A stretch of DNA of 64,000 nt from a virus: positions 6,520 through 70,519 of IMG/VR virus record IMGVR_UViG_3300025466_001309, one strand, 5' to 3'. The notes beneath the pieces were generated by a model. The model was not told the origin of the DNA, searched no databases, and saw only the letters and a list, made by a program, of their open reading frames with translations. The translations under genes were made by a program, and so were the position numbers. Positions 8,512-18,703 of this stretch are shown piece after piece (the first letter of the stretch is position 1; the number at the start of each line of letters is the position of its first letter).

Positions 8512-9333
8512 TTACCTTGGTGCAAACTCTTGTTGCAATTTAATATTATCAAAAAACTCTTTCTTCGTATTGCCATCTGTATTGAAGGCTCCTTTAAGTA
8601 CGGTAGTTTGCGTTAGACTAGAGTGTGCCATAATTCCCCTATTCTCACAACATCCGTGAGTCATTTGAATATAAACTCCTAGATCTGTTGCCCCTGTGGC
8701 CTTGCCTATTTCTTTAGCAATGTCATTACAAAGTTCCTCCTGGAGAGTACCTCGTCTGGCACACCATTGGGCAATTCTGGAATACTTTGAGAGTCCGATG
8801 AGTTTCTGTGCGGCAATAATACCAATATAAGCAACACCAGATACGGGTTGGTGATGATGGCTACACATACTGCGAAGCTCACTGCGAACAACCAACATAC
8901 CTTCGTAGCGGTCCTCCGAGTCATTTGGAAACGCTGTTGCGTCTGGGGCTGGGTCATATCTTCCACTCATTACCTCATTAATGTACATTTTTGCTAATCT
9001 ACGAGCAGTACCTTTACTACTAGGATCAGTTTCTCTATCAATCAATAGTGCATCTAATACTTTTTCAAATGCTTCTGTTGCATTATTAATCAATTCTTCT
9101 TTATTATTTTCGCTTAGATATTCGCTAACATTATCGTTAGCCCAGAATCTTTTACCATCACGCTTCATTTTAAAACGAATTACGTTTGCTAGACTTGATT
9201 CTTCATAGCCTTTGTCTGACATATCAGCACCAGCTTTTAGGTAAACAGTTTTTGTAATAGGAACATATTCGTCCTTGACAAATTCCGCAGGTTCAGCTTT
9301 TTCATCTTCAATAAATTTTTCAGTTGTTTTCAA
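8512..9333 (-). CDS. folE: GTP cyclohydrolase I
   Basis: SMCSHH, IGLSK, LQE, HGCCENRG. Confidence 0.95.
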   Translation of the reverse strand: MKTTEKFIEDEKAEPAEFVKDEYVPITKTVYLKAGADMSDKGYEESSLANVIRFKMKRDGKRFWANDNVSEYLSENNKEELINNATEAFEKVLDALLIDRETDPSSKGTARRLAKMYINEVMSGRYDPAPDATAFPNDSEDRYEGMLVVRSELRSMCSHHHQPVSGVAYIGIIAAQKLIGLSKYSRIAQWCARRGTLQEELCNDIAKEIGKATGATDLGVYIQMTHGCCENRGIMAHSSLTQTTVLKGAFNTDGNTKKEFFDNIKLQQEFAPR

Positions 9334-9374
9334 TTTTTTATTCTCCGAGTTTATGACGTGGATGTCATTTGTTT

Positions 9375-9403
9375 ATAATACACATTTATTTAGGTTAGGT
9401 CAA
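9375..9403 (-). promoter_or_regulatory. sigma70-like promoter TTGACC-17-TATTAT
   Basis: spacing and position upstream of folE. Confidence 0.6.
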
Positions 9404-10198
9404 CCTTAATAGTGTGTTTTTTCTTACCGCGGCATTTAATACCGACATATCAATACTTTGTTGTTCTGCAATCTTTAGTAATGCTGAAGTGTCTTTAGGA
9501 AAACACGCTCCACCAAAACCAAATGATCCATCTGGTCCTGGAACTAGCATGTGACTTGTGCCAAATCTTTTATCCATTTTTACCATATCGGCAATGGTAT
9601 CGTAGTCAAATCCCATCTTTATTGCAAGATTATATATTTCGTTCATAAAAATAACCTTGGTACTCATAAAACAATTGATGGTATATTTGGACAATGCGGC
9701 TTCACCTATACTACAATATTTTACATTGTTCCCTAAATTCTGTTGGCCTAGCCGAATGATGCGTTCTGCTTCATAAACATAGGCACGAACCTTGCCACCT
9801 ATAATGGCAAAGGTACCATTAGCGTAATCTGAATTTGCTTTTGCGGCAGTTAAGAATTCTGGTGCATGAATAAGATTAGGATATTGATCATTTAACTGCT
9901 CATAGACATCGGGAGGTGCAGTACACTTACTGATAATAACTCCAGTATAACCTATAGACTGTAAATTCTGTAATACACTTTCGAGGATACTTGTATCACA
10001 ACTTCCATCATCTCCTTGTGGACTTGGAACACAGACAAATACTCCATCGCAGTCGGCTAGGTCTTGGTAGGTGTTTGTGTAGCCTTTGGCAGGATCTACA
10101 ATTACAAGTTCATGATCAGAAAATGTCATAGATTCTTTTATAGCACCGCCGACGAATCCTAGACCGACGATTCCAATTTTAGGAAGATTTAATTTCAT
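9395..10198 (-). CDS. ugd: UDP-glucose/GDP-mannose 6-dehydrogenase family (lacks C-terminal domain)
   Basis: GLGFVG, CVPSP, PEFL, GFGGACFPKD. Confidence 0.85.
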   Translation of the reverse strand: MKLNLPKIGIVGLGFVGGAIKESMTFSDHELVIVDPAKGYTNTYQDLADCDGVFVCVPSPQGDDGSCDTSILESVLQNLQSIGYTGVIISKCTAPPDVYEQLNDQYPNLIHAPEFLTAAKANSDYANGTFAIIGGKVRAYVYEAERIIRLGQQNLGNNVKYCSIGEAALSKYTINCFMSTKVIFMNEIYNLAIKMGFDYDTIADMVKMDKRFGTSHMLVPGPDGSFGFGGACFPKDTSALLKIAEQQSIDMSVLNAAVRKNTLLRLT

Positions 10199-10262
10199 AG
10201 ATTGACTAAAGATTATTTTGGCACCACCTAAGGTACCGGGCATAGGTAATTTCATATACACT

Positions 10263-10291
10263 ATGATAACATAGTGTTATTTAAAGGTCAA
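10263..10291 (-). promoter_or_regulatory. sigma70-like promoter TTGACC-17-TATCAT
   Basis: spacing. Confidence 0.55.
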
Positions 10292-11004
10292 TGACAGATC
10301 CAGTCACGACTTTTGAAAGGTTTGCCATCTTCTGCTCTTGGCAAATATCTAATAACTTTCTTTTTTAATTTTCTTATTATTTCATGGTTGTGATCATGTT
10401 TAAACGCTTTGAGATACATTTTCCAACAACCGCCGCGAATTTGACTGCCCTTAAGATCTCGTCCCATGAATTTAATCGATTGATTCCAATCACCTCTAAA
10501 TTTTTCCAATAGCTCACAGGCTATATTAAATCCATAGGCATCAATTTCATCGGTACACCCTAGATAACTTTGTTCTTCTCTGAGCTTGCTACTCGATGCC
10601 GAACTTGCATACTCTGGCAACTGTTTAAAATCTCTACGGCGATATTGACGCATATGTATGATCTCATGCAATAAAGTATCAGCAATAACCCCACAAATAG
10701 TGCGGAATTTTCTCAAACCCACTTTGATTTTTTTTACGTTTGGATTATAGACAAATGTTAATTCGATACATTTTTTATTGTCTTCGTCTTTGTCGCTGTA
10801 ATACACTCCACCAACAAATACTATATGAGTTTTGACTTTTGGATCCCATTCTTGTACGGTAATCACCGGCCACAGTTTTCTAATATAACGAGTTAAAGTA
10901 TCATGGAAAGTAGTTGGGGAGATAGGTTTATTGCAGATTGATGAAGACATTTCCATCAACATATTGATTATACTGTTTCGCTCTAAATTAGACCAATCAA
11001 ACAT
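10288..11004 (-). CDS. hypothetical protein with HEXXH zincin motif
   Basis: LLHEIIHMRQ...EIDAY. Confidence 0.7.
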   Translation of the reverse strand: MFDWSNLERNSIINMLMEMSSSICNKPISPTTFHDTLTRYIRKLWPVITVQEWDPKVKTHIVFVGGVYYSDKDEDNKKCIELTFVYNPNVKKIKVGLRKFRTICGVIADTLLHEIIHMRQYRRRDFKQLPEYASSASSSKLREEQSYLGCTDEIDAYGFNIACELLEKFRGDWNQSIKFMGRDLKGSQIRGGCWKMYLKAFKHDHNHEIIRKLKKKVIRYLPRAEDGKPFKSRDWICH

Positions 11005-11101
11005 ATAAACCCTTTATGTACAAATATTTATAATATTGTACATTACAGTTTGATTAACTCAACTTTTACGGTGTATTTGTCCAATTAACTACGCACTTAA
11101 C

Positions 11102-12124
11102 TCATTTTCTATAAAAATCATGTGCTTCTAACTTTCGAAACCATCGATCGAATTGTGGATGAACTATGGTATCGTCACAATTGGAAAATGCCCAACTTCT
11201 GCAACTCAGCGGATCGATGTTATCAATATTTTCTATGGCACGGACTACATCTTGGAATTCTCTACAACGAAATCCTGTTATACCTTCTTGTACAGTTTCA
11301 GTAAACCCGCCCCAATCTGTTGTAATTGCCGGAGTGCCACTCATTAGGCCTTCCACAACCATATTGCCAAATGGTTCAACATAATAGGTTAATCCCATAA
11401 TAGCTCGGGCTCGACTCATTAGTTGACGCCTCTGTTCCGCATTTTGTATACCTAACACTTCTACGTGTTTGGGAGTAGTGGTATATCCTAGGTCCTTTAA
11501 GGATCCTGATCCTGCAATAATCAATCGAGATCCTGTAGCTTCTGTGGCCTGTATGGCTAGATCTATTCCTTTGGTTGAAATAATTCTACCGAAACAAAGA
11601 AAGTAATCATCTTTGTTTTGATTAAAATCAAATTCTGTACTGTCGATGGCATTATAAATTACTGTATCAAACCAACTAGGCGTCATTAACATACCTCGAG
11701 TTCCGTAGTACATATGCATCTGTGCATAACTAACAAACGCTCGATATGGAGCAAATACAGCAGTAGAATCATACCCTATGCTTGGCTCGACTGCTCTTAG
11801 ATCAGGATTAAGATCACATGCACCTCGATTTTCTATGCCATGAAAACATACTATCATATCGCCGGAAGATTTTCTTCTATGAATTGCTTGTCCAGCTGTT
11901 AGATTATAGCTTGATACATTTAAGTCTTTATCATCGGTTATTACATCTAAACATTGGATAGTTTCGCAAGGTACATCTGCACCTACTACACTGTAATGCA
12001 CACAGTCCCAACCGTATGAGGTCATGTATTTTATAAATTTAACTGCGGCAACACTAAAAGGATCTGATCTGTTATTAAGGTTAACCGGACCATAAGGGTT
12101 AGATAAAATATGTAATGTAGTCAT
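11102..12124 (-). CDS. GT4 glycosyltransferase
   Basis: GRIISTKG, EPFGNMVVEGLMSGTP. Confidence 0.9.
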   Translation of the reverse strand: MTTLHILSNPYGPVNLNNRSDPFSVAAVKFIKYMTSYGWDCVHYSVVGADVPCETIQCLDVITDDKDLNVSSYNLTAGQAIHRRKSSGDMIVCFHGIENRGACDLNPDLRAVEPSIGYDSTAVFAPYRAFVSYAQMHMYYGTRGMLMTPSWFDTVIYNAIDSTEFDFNQNKDDYFLCFGRIISTKGIDLAIQATEATGSRLIIAGSGSLKDLGYTTTPKHVEVLGIQNAEQRRQLMSRARAIMGLTYYVEPFGNMVVEGLMSGTPAITTDWGGFTETVQEGITGFRCREFQDVVRAIENIDNIDPLSCRSWAFSNCDDTIVHPQFDRWFRKLEAHDFYRK

Positions 12125-12138
12125 AATAATAATTAGTC

Positions 12139-12167
12139 AAAAAAATAGGACCCGTAGGTCCTATTTT
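12139..12167 (-). terminator. intrinsic terminator
   Basis: aaaataggac/gtcctatttt stem with flanking A/T tracts. Confidence 0.8.
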
Positions 12168-12768
12168 ACATTGTAGGTCCGTTACCGTTCCTAAATCCTA
12201 CCTGTCCTCCTTGCTCTTTGATTTTTTTCAAAACATCCTCAAAAAGGATAGGTGCAAAGTCAGTTTGTTCAACTGATACATTATAATAACGAGGATCAAT
12301 CTCATCGCTGTATAAGATTTCACCAGTTCGAGCATCAACACCTCTCGCCTTCATAACACGATTGGCATGCAAATGCCCATGTATTGAGCAGCCAAACCTA
12401 CCAAGGCTTGCTTCATGAACAGGAATATGACTTAAAATAAGTCCATTCATCACATGGTAGGCCCGTAATTCTCTAAAGTATTGACGATAGTCCTCGTCCT
12501 TAAAGATATCGTGATTACCACGAATCAAAACTTTGTCGCCGTTTAATCTCGACATAATACTTAACGCTCGACGATTGATGACAACATCTCCCAAGTGGTA
12601 GATTTTGTCAGTGGGCTTTACCCGTTCGTTCCACGCCTTAACCATTGCTTCGTCCATTTCCTCGGCTGAGTCCCATGGACGTAATTTTGTAACACCATCG
12701 TTACGTGTGAAACGACATACACCTGTGTGACCGAAGTGTGTGTCTGATACTAAAAATACACTAGGCAT
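12166..12768 (-). CDS. calcineurin-like metallophosphoesterase
   Basis: DTHFGH, GD, GNHD, HGHLH. Confidence 0.9.
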   Translation of the reverse strand: MPSVFLVSDTHFGHTGVCRFTRNDGVTKLRPWDSAEEMDEAMVKAWNERVKPTDKIYHLGDVVINRRALSIMSRLNGDKVLIRGNHDIFKDEDYRQYFRELRAYHVMNGLILSHIPVHEASLGRFGCSIHGHLHANRVMKARGVDARTGEILYSDEIDPRYYNVSVEQTDFAPILFEDVLKKIKEQGGQVGFRNGNGPTM

Positions 12769-13222
12769 ACCATATCTCCTTAAAGCCTTCTTCCTCAGTG
12801 GGCACTTCAAAATTCTTAATCATGTCATGCAGAACATCTACAGGAATCAGTTTTCCCGGACGACTTAATAATCTACGAGGCAAATCATCTACATCCGGGC
12901 ATCGAAATACCACAGCAATATGTTCATAATTAGGAAGCATATTAAACTTTTTTGCACGACTAGCAATTGTAGTACTAGTTTGATCCCAAATAATGTCCTT
13001 GTCCTGAGTTCGAGCATCAACAACCTGGGCTGACATTATGTTTACAGCTTTAGGCATATAATCCTCAAACACTTCTGAATAAGTTTTACCCTGGCGTTCA
13101 GCTTCTAACTCTACCCAAATGTCTGTAGATATATAGGCACATTCTTTGGCCCAGTCTTGATTATTGACCCAAGTAGTTTTACCTGCTCCAGGTATTCCAA
13201 TTAACTGATAACAACGTGCCAT
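12761..13222 (-). CDS. P-loop kinase, polynucleotide kinase-like (AAA_33)
   Basis: GIPGAGKTT, WDQTS, EEGF. Confidence 0.85.
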   Translation of the reverse strand: MARCYQLIGIPGAGKTTWVNNQDWAKECAYISTDIWVELEAERQGKTYSEVFEDYMPKAVNIMSAQVVDARTQDKDIIWDQTSTTIASRAKKFNMLPNYEHIAVVFRCPDVDDLPRRLLSRPGKLIPVDVLHDMIKNFEVPTEEEGFKEIWYA

Positions 13223-13225
13223 TTT

Positions 13226-13993
13226 TTAATACCTTACAAAACGGCCATCGGCGCCGTGAAAACCATAAACAAGCCAATCTGTTTCTACAATATTATCTTT
13301 TAATGATCTAGTGTAGAAGTAAATTAACGTCTCCATATCATAGTGTAACATCTTTGGATCCAAAAGTAAATCAACAATTTTACCAATTATATCCAATATG
13401 TTGTTTAATTGCTGACTTCCAAATCCAAATAATACAGTACTGTATTGATAAAGTTTATTATTACCTTGTTGTATTCTTAGATCGACCATTTGATAGTTCC
13501 ACTGATCACTCCAGTCATAACACATCGGTTTTTTAAAAAATATATTGTCAGTATTTTGGTTATTAATATAATCTATACTAAAACTACTGTCTAAAAAGTA
13601 TCGACCACTAAACTTAAAAATAAAGTCGTGTAACATTAATTCTGGTTGATACTTTCTGATAAAGTTTTTAAGAACGGTACACTCACAGAATGTTTTATTT
13701 GGATGTTTTCTTACTATATCAAATATTTCAGGAAACTCTTTTTTGATGCTTATAAATTTTAAATTTGATTGATATGTAAGTAATGATGCATATTCATTAT
13801 AGTTTTCGCTAGCATCAACTAGATAAATTGTAACATCATCTTTGCCTAAGGCAAGATCAATTGATGCAATAGAACCCAGCGTTTGTCTCCATCGTTCATT
13901 ACTACTAAAAGCTGTTCTTTTTATACTATATGTTAATGGATAATTATTATCAACTTCTATGCAACTAGTTATAATAACTGCTTTTTTAACCAT
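13226..13993 (-). CDS. putative glycan-modifying protein
   Basis: LVDAS, FKFSGRY; context. Confidence 0.6.
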   Translation of the reverse strand: MVKKAVIITSCIEVDNNYPLTYSIKRTAFSSNERWRQTLGSIASIDLALGKDDVTIYLVDASENYNEYASLLTYQSNLKFISIKKEFPEIFDIVRKHPNKTFCECTVLKNFIRKYQPELMLHDFIFKFSGRYFLDSSFSIDYINNQNTDNIFFKKPMCYDWSDQWNYQMVDLRIQQGNNKLYQYSTVLFGFGSQQLNNILDIIGKIVDLLLDPKMLHYDMETLIYFYTRSLKDNIVETDWLVYGFHGADGRFVRY

Positions 13994-14726
13994 GTTTGAT
14001 ATTTTGTATGCTTAGAGTTGATCCTTGCGTTCTCCAAAGATCTAAAACATATCTATGAGACATTCGATGTTCAAGGTCGTTTCCTTTCTCATAGTAAGTT
14101 GTAGCAAATTTTTCGTGCTCGACCAACATAGGAAAATTATAGACTATACCATTATAATTTGAAAATAATATATTTTCAACAAGTGGTTGTAGATCACCTA
14201 TTTCTAATTTATACCCATTAGCACCTATTACTACGTTATCTAATATTTTTTTCACATAAGATCTACGCATTAACCCATGTGCTCCCCACCACCACCAGGC
14301 CCGTGGCTCTACTTTTAATTGTATAGTCTCTCCCTTGAATGGACTTTCTATACGCATCAATTGAACACACTCCCAATCAGCAGGCAAATTATCCATAAAC
14401 TCTGACCACGTAAAGTTCCAATAGGGTATACTTTCAAGGCTAATATCGTCCTCGCAGAATATTGCATAGGGTTCATTGCAGGAGTTGTACCAATTTCTCA
14501 ACATGTTTATATGAGATACAATGGTTCCAGTTTGGGCTTCAACACTATATGCATATATTCCAGAGATCTCAAAGTTATCTTTAATATCAACAAAGCGATC
14601 TGTAATATAAAAATTAGCTCTATTGATTCCATAGACCAAACACTGTGCTTCTATAAATGCTCTACGATCGTAGCTTTCTCGTAGACTTGTGCAGTTAATT
14701 GATGGGAAGTTATGTGTTTTATTCAT
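13986..14726 (-). CDS. GT25-like glycosyltransferase
   Basis: SL...DRR, SH, FCEDD, DWECVQL. Confidence 0.75.
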   Translation of the reverse strand: MNKTHNFPSINCTSLRESYDRRAFIEAQCLVYGINRANFYITDRFVDIKDNFEISGIYAYSVEAQTGTIVSHINMLRNWYNSCNEPYAIFCEDDISLESIPYWNFTWSEFMDNLPADWECVQLMRIESPFKGETIQLKVEPRAWWWWGAHGLMRRSYVKKILDNVVIGANGYKLEIGDLQPLVENILFSNYNGIVYNFPMLVEHEKFATTYYEKGNDLEHRMSHRYVLDLWRTQGSTLSIQNIKHG

Positions 14727-14738
14727 GAATAATAATTA

Positions 14739-14812
14739 TGGAGCGGGTAGCGAGAATCGAACTCGCAACCGAACCTTGGCAAGGTCCTGAGATACCATTT
14801 CACCATACCCGC
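14739..14812 (-). tRNA. tRNA-Gly(GCC)
   Basis: cloverleaf, TTCGA, CCA. Confidence 0.95.
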
Positions 14813-14826
14813 GATATTTTATTTAA

Positions 14827-15666
14827 CTATAAAAGATTGGTGATCTTATTTTTTAGGTTGTTTGAATATCTTATCCACCAAGTATAAGCAAGTACTCGCT
14901 GTATATCGAGTGATCGCATATTAGACATCAGGTGCTTAATTGTTCCAGGTGCATCATTCCAAGTTTCTACCTCTATTAAGGGATGGTCCTCACCATAAAG
15001 GTTAGCCCAATAATCACTTTTTTCTACAATAGGTAATGCCCCCATCTGTAGAGCTTCTGTAACCCGAAAACTATCTATATTATAATTTCCTGTAGGACAT
15101 GGAACAAATAAACTGTTATTGTAAAATTCAGCCATCTGTGCAGGAGTTAGCGCATGTTTATTAGGTCCTCCCCAATCTTCCCAGGGATGTCGAAACCAGT
15201 GCATTCCATTAGGAACATTAATCATAGAGTTTACCATGTCTACTCTTTTAGGACTAGCAATTGTCCCACTAAAACTCCACGTGTATTCTCGATCCCATGT
15301 AGATTTGATAGGAAGTGTGCTTGGAAAAGTCATTGACCATCCTAATGGAAAAAATACAACATTATTAGCATTGATATTTCTGTAGTAATTTTTTAAAACT
15401 ACCTTGGCAAATTTATAATGATCTGTTGGATCTTTCTCCCATTCGTCACTAAGGTGTATGAGTCCAAAGTTTATATTTTGTTGAACCATCTTTTCTATAT
15501 AGGGTACAATATTTACATGATGGTTATAAATTATATAACTGTTATCGATACATTGTTCTTGATTAGGATCGATAAGAGTATTATGCGGAGTTTTTGAAAA
15601 TATATATTCTATCCACTCAGGCTCCCAACATGAAGGATAATCCGTCTGCCAAATAAGTGTTATCAT
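14827..15666 (-). CDS. exostosin/GT47-like glycosyltransferase
   Basis: SLFVPCPTG...SFRVTEAL..GALPIV. Confidence 0.75.
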   Translation of the reverse strand: MITLIWQTDYPSCWEPEWIEYIFSKTPHNTLIDPNQEQCIDNSYIIYNHHVNIVPYIEKMVQQNINFGLIHLSDEWEKDPTDHYKFAKVVLKNYYRNINANNVVFFPLGWSMTFPSTLPIKSTWDREYTWSFSGTIASPKRVDMVNSMINVPNGMHWFRHPWEDWGGPNKHALTPAQMAEFYNNSLFVPCPTGNYNIDSFRVTEALQMGALPIVEKSDYWANLYGEDHPLIEVETWNDAPGTIKHLMSNMRSLDIQRVLAYTWWIRYSNNLKNKITNLL

Positions 15667-15703
15667 ATCTATTCCTTGTATATTATTATCAGACTATTTA
15701 ATG

Positions 15704-15779
15704 TGGAGTAGGTGACAGGAATCGAACCTGCATAACACTGGTTTGCAATCAGTCCCCTAGCCTTTCGGGACACACCTAC
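15704..15779 (-). tRNA. tRNA-Cys(GCA)
   Basis: cloverleaf, U discriminator, CCA. Confidence 0.92.
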
Positions 15780-15785
15780 ATTGTT

Positions 15786-15859
15786 TGGCGGGCCATGAAG
15801 GAATCGAACCTCCGCTAATGGTGTTGGAGACCATCGCACTACCATTATACTAATGGCCC
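15786..15859 (-). tRNA. tRNA-Trp(CCA)
   Basis: cloverleaf, CCA. Confidence 0.93.
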
Positions 15860-15865
15860 TAAAAC

Positions 15866-15939
15866 TGGTACCTCGTGACAGAATCGAACTGCCGTAACCG
15901 CCGTGTAAAGACGGAGTTCTACCATTAAACTAACGAGGC
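15866..15939 (-). tRNA. tRNA-Val(TAC), 5' end overlaps last codons of glf
   Basis: cloverleaf, CCA. Confidence 0.93.
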
Positions 15940-16929
15940 TTTTATAAAATATTCAACAGTGGCCATTGCTGACGAAATTGCTTGATGCATGTCTAGATAA
16001 ACATAGTTTCCGCACCTACCAATAAACGTAACTCGGTCATTGACTATTGATTGATATTTTTTATGTAACTCTTTGTTGGCCTGTGTTAGCACAGGATAAT
16101 ATTTTTCATTATTTACTTCATAGGGATCACAGGGTTCTTCTACAGTGATCGATGTCCAATAAGGGTTGATCCCATGTTCTGCTATATTCTTCCATTCAGT
16201 AGATCTAGTGTAAGGACTGTTATTAGTAAAATTAACAGTAGGTGATGGCTGTACTTTGGGTATTGGCAAACTATAGTGATGAAACTTTATCGAACGATAT
16301 GGAAGAGGACCATAACACTGATCATAATAGTCATCTATGGCCATACTGTTGAATACATGGTCAAACTCTGCCTCCATGATTTTATCAAATGGTGTTTCTA
16401 ATTGTACCTGTATTCTAGGCGAATCAAATATATTAGCAAACATTGCTTCGTAACCGTGTGTGGGAATAACTTGATAGTCATCTCTAAAACATCGGTCCTC
16501 ACGATCTCTATTGATTTTTACTCTGTTTAGAACTTCTGGATCTAACTGATCAAAGTATTCTCCCCACATCTTTGTAGAATAAGGTTTGATAAATGTTTCA
16601 ATGTACTTGGATTCTGGTACACGATCTAGTGTGTTCAAATTAGCAGGCCAGGGCACATAAGACCCATCAGACAACAGTGCTAAAATATGATGTTCAAAAG
16701 GAGTCCACCGTGTGAATTTACTCAACCAATCATAGACTTTTTTATTGCTGGTATGAAACAGATGAGGACCATATTTGTGTATCCTTATACCGTGTTCATT
16801 GAGATAGTCATAGGCATTACCACCTATGTGATTTCTTTGGTCTATAACAATAATGTCATGTCCCCGGTCGGCCAACATTCGTGCTACAGTTGCACCGGCA
16901 AATCCTGCACCTACTACCAAATACTTCAT
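15925..16929 (-). CDS. glf: UDP-galactopyranose mutase
   Basis: VVGAGFAG, GGNAYD, YGPHLFH, LPYRS, YYPV, GR..YVYLDM. Confidence 0.95.
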   Translation of the reverse strand: MKYLVVGAGFAGATVARMLADRGHDIIVIDQRNHIGGNAYDYLNEHGIRIHKYGPHLFHTSNKKVYDWLSKFTRWTPFEHHILALLSDGSYVPWPANLNTLDRVPESKYIETFIKPYSTKMWGEYFDQLDPEVLNRVKINRDREDRCFRDDYQVIPTHGYEAMFANIFDSPRIQVQLETPFDKIMEAEFDHVFNSMAIDDYYDQCYGPLPYRSIKFHHYSLPIPKVQPSPTVNFTNNSPYTRSTEWKNIAEHGINPYWTSITVEEPCDPYEVNNEKYYPVLTQANKELHKKYQSIVNDRVTFIGRCGNYVYLDMHQAISSAMATVEYFIKASLV

Positions 16930-17720
16930 ACTCGGTTATCTTCCCATAGTTGTTCCCAGTCTGTGACAAAGAAACTGATATCTTTTTTGCTGCCTAGATG
17001 TATCGCATGAGTACCAATCGGCATCATCATAGCAACATCAGGACTTGTCCAAACACTGGATAGACTACTACCTTCCCATGCACCCTCGACAGTACCTATA
17101 TTCATCAATCGATTAAAATCTTTTTTGTACTGATTTAAAAGGTTTGTGGTTATCATAAATGACTCATGCGTAAACCAAGTAGTACGATAATAACGATCTG
17201 GTCCCGGAATAACAATACACGGCTTAACATATGTAGAATTAAACGGATTATCTTTGTGCGGATACAACTGATTAAAGTCCTGCGGAAATATTCCTATACT
17301 GATACTAGGATCGAGTTCACTGAAAGATTTCCAGGCTTTGATCATTTTTGATATAGCATCAGGATAATGCAGGTAATCATCCTCAACGGTATAAACTAAT
17401 TCATCCTGTGGTAGCGCATACATATATTTGTAAGCAACACCCACTGAATACCTAGACCGTTGTTTAGGATTAAGATGCTCTTGATCTCTTGCAGGTAAAA
17501 AATCAAATGTAGTCCCCGCAGGTGCAATAGTCTGTATTTTATCTACAGTTTCTTGACTAGAATTATCATCTACAATATGTAACTGAAACTCTTGTCCACT
17601 AAGTTCTAATGAGTTAGACAATGACTTTAAACACCGCCATACACACTGATTTTTAGGTACTATACGATCACTTTGCAGACTTGCACGATCGCAGGTACGT
17701 AGGACAACATTGAGTTTCAT
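16926..17720 (-). CDS. GT2-like glycosyltransferase
   Basis: VDDNSS, VEDDYLH; paralog of 25398..26183. Confidence 0.75.
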   Translation of the reverse strand: MKLNVVLRTCDRASLQSDRIVPKNQCVWRCLKSLSNSLELSGQEFQLHIVDDNSSQETVDKIQTIAPAGTTFDFLPARDQEHLNPKQRSRYSVGVAYKYMYALPQDELVYTVEDDYLHYPDAISKMIKAWKSFSELDPSISIGIFPQDFNQLYPHKDNPFNSTYVKPCIVIPGPDRYYRTTWFTHESFMITTNLLNQYKKDFNRLMNIGTVEGAWEGSSLSSVWTSPDVAMMMPIGTHAIHLGSKKDISFFVTDWEQLWEDNRV

Positions 17721-17734
17721 TTTTTTTATTATAT

Positions 17735-17809
17735 TGGATGCAGAGGGTGGAATCGCACCACCGATCTTCAGGTTATGAGCCTAACGAGATACTACTTCTC
17801 CACTCTGCG
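17735..17809 (-). tRNA. initiator-type tRNA-Met(CAT)
   Basis: C1:A72 mismatch, CAT anticodon, TGCGA T-loop. Confidence 0.88.
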
Positions 17810-17815
17810 ATAAAT

Positions 17816-18085
17816 TTACGCTGTACGCTTGACTAAGTGATAGCCAAATTGTGTTTGTACTGGGCCAACCACTGTACCAACATCGGAACCAAATGCCGCA
17901 TCTTCAAAAGGCTTGACCATCATGCCACGACCAAATGGTCCAAGGTCTCCACCATTCTGGCCACTAGGGCACTTGCTGTGTGTTTTTGCCAGGGCACCAA
18001 AATCAGCACCCGCTGTGATCTGTTCTTGCAGATTTACTGCTTCTGCCAATGTTGGCACTAAAATATGACTTGCTCTTACTTGCAT
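17816..18085 (-). CDS. ppiC: parvulin peptidyl-prolyl isomerase
   Basis: ASHILV, HSKCPSG..GGDLG.F, TQFGYH. Confidence 0.95.
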   Translation of the reverse strand: MQVRASHILVPTLAEAVNLQEQITAGADFGALAKTHSKCPSGQNGGDLGPFGRGMMVKPFEDAAFGSDVGTVVGPVQTQFGYHLVKRTA

Positions 18086-18104
18086 TTACATTTTCCTTTA
18101 ATAT

Positions 18105-18183
18105 TGGTCTCCAGTGTGGGATTTGAACTCACATTATTCTTGGTCCCAAACCAAGTGCCATAACCAGATTAGGCGAACCGGAG
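18105..18183 (-). tRNA. tRNA-Pro(TGG)
   Basis: cloverleaf, CCA. Confidence 0.93.
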
Positions 18184-18184
18184 A

Positions 18185-18616
18185 TTAAACTTGTTCAACG
18201 ATTATACCTGACTTCTTTAAGAATGTCAAGCCTGAATCGTCTCTGTACTGTTCACCAAACCAAACTCGTTTGATGCCAGCACCTAAAATACTTTTTGCAC
18301 ATTCCAGGCAAGGTGAATGAGTGATAAACATATCAGCACCATCACCACCTTCTGAGCCACGGGCCAGTTTATCCAATGCATTTCTTTCTGCATGAAGTAC
18401 CTCTGGTTTGGTTGTTAAGGTAATGTGAAATCCGTCATCTGCATAAATCTGGTCTTCACAGTCGTTATCCCAACCTGCGGGCATACCGTTATATCCGATA
18501 CTGATGATCCTATCATTCTTAACAACAATGGCACCAACATGGAGCCTGCGAGCATGACTTAGTTCAGCAAATCTCTTTGCTGTATCCATATATGCTTTGA
18601 TGAATTTTTCTTTCAT
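18185..18616 (-). CDS. dCMP deaminase
   Basis: GYNG, HAERNA, PCLEC. Confidence 0.92.
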   Translation of the reverse strand: MKEKFIKAYMDTAKRFAELSHARRLHVGAIVVKNDRIISIGYNGMPAGWDNDCEDQIYADDGFHITLTTKPEVLHAERNALDKLARGSEGGDGADMFITHSPCLECAKSILGAGIKRVWFGEQYRDDSGLTFLKKSGIIVEQV

Positions 18617-18627
18617 AATGATTTTCT

Positions 18628-18698
18628 AGCGGGATGGGAGAATCGAACTCCCGCCAGGAGATTGGAAATCTGCTGTTCTACCATTAAACTAATCCCGC
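18628..18698 (-). tRNA. tRNA-Gly(TCC), no encoded CCA, one anticodon-stem mismatch
   Basis: cloverleaf. Confidence 0.85.
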
Positions 18699-18703
18699 AA
18701 ACT

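Noticed and set aside
9395-10261. ugd as a pseudogene because it is short
   Set aside because: Frame intact with catalytic GGACFPKD and an upstream promoter; treated as a compact form
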